This document shows positions 8,888 through 15,908 of a stretch of DNA of 25,585 nt, one piece after another. The DNA is from a virus (lineage: Duplodnaviria > Caudoviricetes): the IMG/VR virus record IMGVR_UViG_3300010362_000099, positions 1 through 25,585 of that record. One strand, written 5' to 3'. A program made the position numbers and the translations under genes. Under the pieces are notes generated by a model. It saw only the letters and a list, made by a program, of their open reading frames with translations, had not been told where the DNA came from and searched no databases. Each line of letters starts with the position of its first letter. Positions within the stretch are counted from its first letter, which is position 1.

Positions 8888-9373
8888 CTAGAAACGGATC
8901 AAACGGTCGTCAAGATAGACGGTTTTCCCGGCATGCGGACCATCGATCACGATGCCTTCGTACAGATGACCATCATTAAGAAATTCACTGCTGGTAGACT
9001 TGGCCCAGATCCGGCTACCATTGGAGACTTCAATCGCCGCATCCCGCCAATCCTGACGGCACTGCACCGTACCCAAAGCGCAACTTTCCATACCCTTTTG
9101 CAGGATAGTCATAGACTTTTCCCAACTCAGGCGTCTTTTCGGAAGCAGTTGTTTGGTTTCTTCAGCAATTTTTACAGTGTAGAGCCAGCAGCACCTTTGC
9201 GATCCATCCCAAGTAATCGTGCCCAGCTTATAGTCCGGCCCCGGAGGTTTCGGGCCTCCCTCGGCCTCGATCAAACGCCTTTCCCGATATTCAGGGCTGT
9301 CCGAATTGGCGGCGGACCAGAAAACGCCCATTATTGCGGCGCAAAAAGACAATGCTATTAAGTACTTCTTCAT
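8888..9373 (-). CDS. Moron: hypothetical exported or membrane-anchored protein (161 aa)
   Basis: Antisense to the late operon; lower GC (43% over 9121-9180); begins MKKYLIALSFCAAIMGVFWSAANS, a signal peptide-like sequence. Confidence 0.7.
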   Translation of the reverse strand: MKKYLIALSFCAAIMGVFWSAANSDSPEYRERRLIEAEGGPKPPGPDYKLGTITWDGSQRCCWLYTVKIAEETKQLLPKRRLSWEKSMTILQKGMESCALGTVQCRQDWRDAAIEVSNGSRIWAKSTSSEFLNDGHLYEGIVIDGPHAGKTVYLDDRLIRF

Positions 9374-9464
9374 TATGAATGTGGCCTTAAAGTTCAGCCT
9401 ACCAAGCTGTTGGCAATGGGTGACCAATCAATGGGATAAATGCGGGCGCTGATTCGCATCGCTT

Positions 9465-9860
9465 ATGCCTTCCAATATCCAACCCGCCGAGCCAACCGAA
9501 GTGATGCCCTATGGCCTGGCGCTGGCCTTCAACGAAGAACTGCGCGTCGAAGCGGACCTCAATCAGCTTCAGGACGGCTGGGCCATCCGCCGGCCCCTGG
9601 TGATCTTCGAGCGGCACTTCTTCAAGCTCACACGGCCGCTCACCGCAGAGCAGTGGACCGAGCTACGCGATTTCTACATGGGTCACATCGCTGAACCGTT
9701 CTGGTTTTACAACCTCCGTGAAACCGTCCCGCCGTGGACCTGGGATCCCACCGGCGTGAGCCCCGATGGCCGGTATACGGTCGTGTTCGATGGCGCGTGG
9801 AGCGAAGACATCCGTCTGCCTCGCTCCACCTGCAGCTTCGGGTTGCGCGAGGTAGCGTGA
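9465..9860 (+). CDS. Distal tail protein (Dit/gpM-like)
   Basis: 131 aa, first + gene after the tape measure gene; LTAEQWTELRDFY...PFWFY...YTVVFDG and terminal FGLREVA resemble gpM-like proteins. Confidence 0.7.
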   Translation: MPSNIQPAEPTEVMPYGLALAFNEELRVEADLNQLQDGWAIRRPLVIFERHFFKLTRPLTAEQWTELRDFYMGHIAEPFWFYNLRETVPPWTWDPTGVSPDGRYTVVFDGAWSEDIRLPRSTCSFGLREVA

Positions 9861-12800
9861 GTGCCTAACGATTTCCTGGGCCCCATCGAAATCATCCCGC
9901 CGCCGCTGATCGACCCGTTTCCATTGAAGGGTGACTTCGGTACGGGGATGGATTTCGAGCCGCCCATCGCCACGCATGTCTTCGATCAGCCGGGTCTGAA
10001 GACCGAGCAGCGCTTTCAGCTGGGCGATGGAGCCCGGCGCTTCCGGGTCCACCGGGACCACCTCTCCTGCACGGAATACGACCTCCTCAAAGCCCACTGG
10101 ATACAGGCGCGCGGGCTCTACGCTGAGTTCCTGTACACCTACACCGGCGCTGACCAGCAGCCCGTGGATTACCGCGTTCGCTACGAGAATCCCAATATCG
10201 CCTTCGATCACATGGTAGGACTGATTACCGGCTGGCCGGGTCTCACCCTGGTGGAAGTGGGGCAAGCCACGCCTACGTACACGGTCACCGCTGAGCTGGA
10301 TCGCTTCCCGGATGCGGTTTTCGATACCGCCCTCACCGCGCAGGTGCAGAAGATCATCCCGCTCATTCGCATCGAGGATCGCAGCGGCATGCTCGCGGAG
10401 CCGCTGTATCTCTCCGACCGCCGCCTGGAGCTGGACGGTCAACTGTACCTACCGCGTCTGGTCAGCTGGAACAGTCTCTCGCAGACGCTCGATGAATCCT
10501 CCGATGGGACCAGCTTCCAGTTCGCCAACGCGGATCGGGTCTGGACCGAACTGGTAAAACAGGTCAATCTGTACCGGGCGCTGGTCCAGTTCTCGCTGTA
10601 TCATGTGCAGACCGAAACGCTGGTGAATCTGTGGGCCGGCTTTGCGCAAGGCTGGGCCTTCGACAACGATGGCAATTTTGAGTTGCCGGTATCGGATGGG
10701 GTGTTCGAGCTCGGCCTGGCCTATCCCTCGCGGATGACCACGCGTTCCTGCTGGAAGGTCTACAAGGGCCGCTACTGCCCATCCGTGAGCGCCGAGCTGG
10801 AGTGCCCCAAGACCTGGGAAGCCTGCAACATCCGCGGCGTGCCCAAATCCTTCGGCGGTCTGATCGTCCTGCCAAAAGCGGTTCGCGTCAAGGACAACTC
10901 CACCGGCGTCTGGGGATTCGGGCGCTCGACCTTCACCAGCGTTACGGTGGCGCAGGACACGGTCTATCAGCGGCCCATCCAGGAGATCTACACCGACATT
11001 CCGATGGTGGTGACCTGCGATGTGGCTGGCGGCCGCGATGAGGGCGATTTCTACTCGGCGCTGGGGATTGTCGGCGAGGGGCCGATTGCGGGTTACTCGC
11101 AGGACCTCTTTCATCATCGCTTGGACGGTTCGCCGCCGCACGATCCCAGGAACTACGGCGGCTGGCGCGGCATCGTAGGCAACGACCCTGCAGCAGATGA
11201 GGATTTCTTCGCGCTGGATCAAGCGCCATGGGTTCAGGACGTCAAGGGCTGGGTGCCCACTGCTGCTAATCTTCCTCCGACTGGGAATCGGAAGAGTGAT
11301 GGCTGGGTCACCGAGGATGTGCAGCATCTATGGGTCTGGGATGGCGAACGATGGATAGATAACGGAGCCGTTACCTATACCGCCGGCTTGGCCTTCGCCG
11401 AGATCCGCCGCAGCGATGAGAAAGGCCTCCAGCTCTCCAGCGTCCGCGATCGCGCCATGACGGTTACGGTTACCGGCGGCATCGGTGGCTGGACTTGGAC
11501 CGCTCCGGGCGCGCGTGCCTGGATGCCGAAGCTTTCTAATCCCGTCTGGGTCGCTGTCAACATCTACCTCCGCGCCGTAGGGTTGCGTCTCGATCCGGCG
11601 AACGAGGCCTCGGTGCCGCCAGAGATGATGGAAGCCTTCTTCGATGTCGATGCGGCCGTCGCCAGCGCGGCCGTGTGCGATCGCATGGTGCCCAAGCTGG
11701 TGGGCACCGGCGATGAGCGCCAGTTCCCCTTCCGGGGAGCTTTGAAGGAGCGCAAGCCGCTCAAGGATTGGCTCCAGGAGATCATGAACGGGTGCCTGGG
11801 CTACTTCACGTTCGTCAATGGAAAGTTGTGGATCGGCATTCGCTTTCACTCCGGCGCCAAGAGCAGCTTCACGCGCGCCACGATCCTCTTCAAGAGCTTG
11901 GCAATCGCGCCGGTGCAACCCAAGTTCAACTGGCTGGTGGGCGAATTCGGAGATGAGGAGTTCGACTGGCAATTGAACAACTCCTCGGTGTATGACATCG
12001 ATCAGGCCGCGGTAGCGGGCAAGCCGGATTCGCCGCAGTACACCACGTCGACGATCTCGCTGGTGGGCGTGTCCAACAAGAGCCAGGCCGCGCGGATCGT
12101 CTCCACGCGCTTACGCGAGGAGCTGGGCGGGGTGGGCCCGCAGGAGCAGCGCGACGCGCGCAACTTCACCTTCCGCACCACCATCCTGGCGCTGGCCGTA
12201 CAGGTGGGCGATATCATTTCGCTCGATCATGCGGATTTCCCCAACGACCGCATGGAGGGTAGAGTCCAGCGTTGGACCCTCAATCCCGACTACTCCATCG
12301 ACATTCAGGCCTCCTGCACCACCAACGCGATGTACGATCTCACCTTCGGCCCCAAGCCGGAGGATGTCGCGGTAGTGCCGGTGCCACCGGAGTTGCTGCC
12401 CTCGCCCTTCGGGCTCGCGTGGATGCCCAACAAGGTTGCACCGTTCCCGGACGATCCGCTCTATCCCGATGCCCTCGAGCGCACCTTTGAACTCTGGCAG
12501 GACTACACCGTAACGCGGGATGGCATCTGGGATCCGGCCATCTGGGTGTCGGGCGAGTTTCCCATCAACCAGTTCGCGGAAACCGCGCAGCCGCGCATCG
12601 TGGTGATCCTCATGGGCCCGGCCGCGAGCGGCGTGCTGGATGGTCCGCAGACTTACTACGCGACGGTTACGGAGCGGGATGCCAATGGCCGGCCCACCTA
12701 CCCCTCGAATCTCTCAGCGCTGTGGTTCGGCTCCAGCTTCACGGATCGCGCCCTCGAGCTGCACATAGTTCCGTCATCGGGCACCTGGACAGGCTACGAT

Positions 12801-13925
12801 GTGTGGGCGGGCCTTGACAGGCGACGGATCGGCTGGCAGTTCGGAGGGTCAGGACCGGTTCCCCTCACGCTTCAGATTCAGGGCCCCATCCATCCCATGA
12901 CGCAAGCGGTACCCAACCCTTCTGCGAGGGCTGTGGAGATCGCCGCCAAGCACGTGTGGCACTCGGGGATCGCGGGCGTGCTGGTGAAGGAGGTACCCGC
13001 CAACAACCAGATGGTCTCCACCGATTTCATCGGCAGCACCGACAACTGGATCGGCCGAATCCTCACAGCGTTAGCCGATCAATCGGATGGCAGCGCGCCC
13101 TTGTGGAACTTCACCGTGACCGCGTTTGACTCCGCCACCGGCACGCTTACCGTGTTCCCGGACTGCGTGCGCGCGCTACCGGAGGATTCGGTGCAGGCAA
13201 GCGATGTGCTCATCGTCCGTTCGATTGCAACCAGCGCGACCGCCAACACGGTGACCGATACGATGTGGGACAACTTTGTCTCGCGCACGCAATTCAATCA
13301 CGCCGGCCTGGTTCCCGGCGATGAAGTCAACCGCGTGGTGCGCATCCTCCGCGGGAAAGGCGCGGGACAATACCGCTCGATCATCGCCAACACGGAACTG
13401 GAGCTTACCGTAACGCCGGACTGGGATGTCATCCCCGATCAGACGTCCATCGTGATCGTGGAGGAAGCCGATTGGGTATACACCTCGCAAAGCTCCAAGC
13501 TGTCGGTGTCGCACACCGGCGTCGATGTGGATATCCGGATGCGCGTGGATAACCTGCGCGATCGCGTGGCCCTGGTGGGCGGTTTCCTGGTCGATGATCA
13601 AGGCCGGCGCAGCGATGAAAGCTTCGCGGTATACCGCGAAATCTACATCTTCGGCCAGCCGCCTACGGTGCGCGTGGTGGGACCGGCAGAGGGGCCTTGG
13701 GATGCGCTGCCCACGGATCACACGTTGCGCGCGGATACGAGCGCGGGTCTGGTTGTGATCCAGCTTCCGCCGCTCTATGTGTACCAGGGCAGGCCGCTGC
13801 TGGTGTTCAACGATGGCGATGGGCCGGTGCGGATCGATGCTTACCCGGACGAGACGTTCTACGATGGCAGCACGTCCATCGATCTCACCGGCAAGGGGAA
13901 TAGTGTGCGAATTACGGCAGGTTGA
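9861..13925 (+). CDS. Fused tail tip protein: Dit-like + gpL-like (4-Cys) + gpJ-like domains (1354 aa)
   Basis: GTG start with GAGGT SD; CWKVYKGRYC...CPKTWEAC at 10749-10826; SNPVWV, LAVQVGDIISLDH and similar gpJ/central-tip motifs; beta-rich C-terminus. Confidence 0.8.
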   Translation: MPNDFLGPIEIIPPPLIDPFPLKGDFGTGMDFEPPIATHVFDQPGLKTEQRFQLGDGARRFRVHRDHLSCTEYDLLKAHWIQARGLYAEFLYTYTGADQQPVDYRVRYENPNIAFDHMVGLITGWPGLTLVEVGQATPTYTVTAELDRFPDAVFDTALTAQVQKIIPLIRIEDRSGMLAEPLYLSDRRLELDGQLYLPRLVSWNSLSQTLDESSDGTSFQFANADRVWTELVKQVNLYRALVQFSLYHVQTETLVNLWAGFAQGWAFDNDGNFELPVSDGVFELGLAYPSRMTTRSCWKVYKGRYCPSVSAELECPKTWEACNIRGVPKSFGGLIVLPKAVRVKDNSTGVWGFGRSTFTSVTVAQDTVYQRPIQEIYTDIPMVVTCDVAGGRDEGDFYSALGIVGEGPIAGYSQDLFHHRLDGSPPHDPRNYGGWRGIVGNDPAADEDFFALDQAPWVQDVKGWVPTAANLPPTGNRKSDGWVTEDVQHLWVWDGERWIDNGAVTYTAGLAFAEIRRSDEKGLQLSSVRDRAMTVTVTGGIGGWTWTAPGARAWMPKLSNPVWVAVNIYLRAVGLRLDPANEASVPPEMMEAFFDVDAAVASAAVCDRMVPKLVGTGDERQFPFRGALKERKPLKDWLQEIMNGCLGYFTFVNGKLWIGIRFHSGAKSSFTRATILFKSLAIAPVQPKFNWLVGEFGDEEFDWQLNNSSVYDIDQAAVAGKPDSPQYTTSTISLVGVSNKSQAARIVSTRLREELGGVGPQEQRDARNFTFRTTILALAVQVGDIISLDHADFPNDRMEGRVQRWTLNPDYSIDIQASCTTNAMYDLTFGPKPEDVAVVPVPPELLPSPFGLAWMPNKVAPFPDDPLYPDALERTFELWQDYTVTRDGIWDPAIWVSGEFPINQFAETAQPRIVVILMGPAASGVLDGPQTYYATVTERDANGRPTYPSNLSALWFGSSFTDRALELHIVPSSGTWTGYDVWAGLDRRRIGWQFGGSGPVPLTLQIQGPIHPMTQAVPNPSARAVEIAAKHVWHSGIAGVLVKEVPANNQMVSTDFIGSTDNWIGRILTALADQSDGSAPLWNFTVTAFDSATGTLTVFPDCVRALPEDSVQASDVLIVRSIATSATANTVTDTMWDNFVSRTQFNHAGLVPGDEVNRVVRILRGKGAGQYRSIIANTELELTVTPDWDVIPDQTSIVIVEEADWVYTSQSSKLSVSHTGVDVDIRMRVDNLRDRVALVGGFLVDDQGRRSDESFAVYREIYIFGQPPTVRVVGPAEGPWDALPTDHTLRADTSAGLVVIQLPPLYVYQGRPLLVFNDGDGPVRIDAYPDETFYDGSTSIDLTGKGNSVRITAG

Positions 13926-13928
13926 GTT

Positions 13929-14312
13929 ATGGCAGCACCCGGCAACTGGATGTACGAACGCGGCGGCAGCGGCTCGGGAGCGGGCGGGCTGGTCATCGGC
14001 TTCATCATCAACAACGGCTCTGCCGGCGTGAACATCGGCCCCATGCTGCCAGCGCCGCGCTCCGGTTCTCTGACGCGTTGCGTCGTGGTCGTCAAAGCGC
14101 CCGGCGGTGCCGATCTGATCTTCACTATTCGTCGCGACAACGTGGCCATTTTTGATGCACCTGTGACCGTTCCGGCCAGCGCCGCTGGTGGCGACTTGCT
14201 GGAATTCACGAACTTTACGACTGTGCCGTTTCCCGTGGCTCTCGATGACATCTTTTCGATAGACATCACCCAGGGCTCGGCCGCTTGGAAATGCACGGTG
14301 CAATTGGAATAA
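13929..14312 (+). CDS. Hypothetical virion beta-sandwich protein
   Basis: 127 aa beta-rich ORF in the tail cluster, in frame with the upstream tip gene. Confidence 0.65.
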   Translation: MAAPGNWMYERGGSGSGAGGLVIGFIINNGSAGVNIGPMLPAPRSGSLTRCVVVVKAPGGADLIFTIRRDNVAIFDAPVTVPASAAGGDLLEFTNFTTVPFPVALDDIFSIDITQGSAAWKCTVQLE

Positions 14313-14316
14313 ACCG

Positions 14317-15546
14317 ATGGCCAGGTTCTACATTCAGGTGCACATACCGGATCCCGATTCCACACCAAGTAACAAGACTATTGTTGTGCCACCCGACGAT
14401 ACTCATTATGGGCCGTGGAAAGTAGGCGAGGCTTTGTACACCTATGGTGTAGGGGATGCGAGCCTTGGCTTAGTATTTCGCAGTCTGAATGCAGGACAGA
14501 CGTGGGAATGCATGGATGAGGCTAATTCGGTGCCCTGGGGATTCGTGTGTTTTGATGCGGTGAACCAGCGTATCACGGTCGCATATGAAGCTGGCGATGT
14601 CGCGGGGTTCCCTTTGTCGCTGAAGGATTTTGCTTGTTCGACCAACACCTGGGGGGCAAGCTATGCAAGAACTGGCCCCGCTATCTTTTTTGGGGGCGGG
14701 GATCTTCTGATTAAAGCGAATGGCGACAAAGTGGTGCTGTTTGAGTCGCTGCTCGCGAGCACGACGGATACACGGATCAAGTACACCATTTGGAACGGTT
14801 CAGCATGGTCCGCGCCACAGGTGATTACGGATCATACGCCGGACCCTGAAGATATCAACTTCCGTGGTGCGGCAATCGAACCGGCCAGCCAAAACATCCA
14901 TTGTGTGTATTCCTATGTGGAAGTCTCCGGCAACACGCTCTATTACCACCGAGTCCTTCAGACCAGCGGCGCACTGGGCCCCGTTACCCTACTCGACACC
15001 CAAGTATTCAACGGCCCGCAGAGGGTTGATCTCGGCCACGGAAGACCAATTTCGTTTTTTCAGAACAAGGTGTACATCTTTGCCGTACGGGGAGAGTTAT
15101 GCAATGCGAAGGTGGGCACGCCTGCGGCTTTGCCCACGGCGTTCAGCGAAGTTGCCATTGCCAATCACAGCGCCAGTTCCACGGACAGCGCCAACAACAG
15201 CACCGTCGATATTACCGGGCTGGTCTCTGAAGATGGCTCGCAACTGACCGCGCTGCACACCAGTGAAGATGGGGAACTCGGACACGATGCATTCACTTAC
15301 TCAATGCGTATTTATCGAAGCGTAACCAGCGACGGCACCACGTGGAGCGAGTCCCTATTCTTTGATTTCTGGCCCTCCTGGGATGCCGTGCGCGGGATCA
15401 GTCCGGCAAACCTCGGCACGGGCGGGGTGGATGGCATCGGCGCCTTCGCCAACTTTCCCCGTTCCGCTGTGATGTTCTATATGCGAGCTTGCGAATGCGA
15501 TGGAGGTGCGGTGATCGCCGCTGACAACTACGGCTACACAGCCTAA
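14317..15546 (+). CDS. Asp-box (BNR) beta-propeller protein, putative receptor-binding or glycan-active tail protein
   Basis: Asp-box-like SLNAGQTW (14482-14505) and RSVTSDGTTW (15316-15345), plus WNGSAWS blade ends; GC about 50-55% in sampled lines versus about 68% in a sampled upstream line. Confidence 0.65.
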   Translation: MARFYIQVHIPDPDSTPSNKTIVVPPDDTHYGPWKVGEALYTYGVGDASLGLVFRSLNAGQTWECMDEANSVPWGFVCFDAVNQRITVAYEAGDVAGFPLSLKDFACSTNTWGASYARTGPAIFFGGGDLLIKANGDKVVLFESLLASTTDTRIKYTIWNGSAWSAPQVITDHTPDPEDINFRGAAIEPASQNIHCVYSYVEVSGNTLYYHRVLQTSGALGPVTLLDTQVFNGPQRVDLGHGRPISFFQNKVYIFAVRGELCNAKVGTPAALPTAFSEVAIANHSASSTDSANNSTVDITGLVSEDGSQLTALHTSEDGELGHDAFTYSMRIYRSVTSDGTTWSESLFFDFWPSWDAVRGISPANLGTGGVDGIGAFANFPRSAVMFYMRACECDGGAVIAADNYGYTA

Positions 15547-15566
15547 TCCGGTGTAGGATTTTCCTA

Positions 15567-15908
15567 ATGGCACAGTGCGCCAATCTCTCGATCTACCAGG
15601 GCGATGATTACGCCGCCACGGTGAACGTCTTCAACATCGACGGGACGGATGCCGATCTCACCGGCTACACGGCGCGAGCGCAGATCCGAACCGGCGCTGC
15701 GGACAGCACGGCCGTAGTCGCTGAACTCACCACCACGATTCAACTGCCCAACATCATCTCGCTCGCCCTGGCGCACGAAGTCACCGCAACCCTGAAGCAA
15801 GCCTACGTTTGGGATCTGGAACTCACCGATACAGTAGGCACGGTGATCACGGTTCTCACCGGCGATGTCGAGGTGACGCTAGAGGTCACCAGAGCCACGG
15901 CAGCATGA
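15567..15908 (+). CDS. Putative tail fibre adaptor/anchor (small beta sandwich)
   Basis: LSIYQGDD...[12 protein letters not shown]...YVWDLEL...VLTGDVEV pattern common in genes directly upstream of phage fibres; ATGA-coupled to the fibre gene. Confidence 0.65.
   Translation: MAQCANLSIYQGDDYAATVNVFNIDGTDADLTGYTARAQIRTGAADSTAVVAELTTTIQLPNIISLALAHEVTATLKQAYVWDLELTDTVGTVITVLTGDVEVTLEVTRATAA

Noticed and set aside
8876-9361. + strand ORF starting at an ATGA overlap with the tape measure stop
   Set aside because: Codon-aligned antisense shadow of the minus-strand gene, which has a convincing signal peptide; not fully excluded
9858-9863. TGA recoding (alternative genetic code) suggested by in-frame adjacent ORFs
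   Set aside because: TGA is used as a true stop in several ATGA/GTGA overlaps, and in-frame adjacency also occurs after TAA and TAG
5598-14303. Long minus-strand ORFs (5598-6560, 10449-11327, 13176-14303 and others)
   Set aside because: Antisense shadows of GC-rich + strand genes, with no recognisable motifs
14317-14346. N-terminus MARFYIQV resembles the tape measure N-terminus MAANRIYIQV
   Set aside because: A five-residue match in a single beta strand is too short to distinguish from chance
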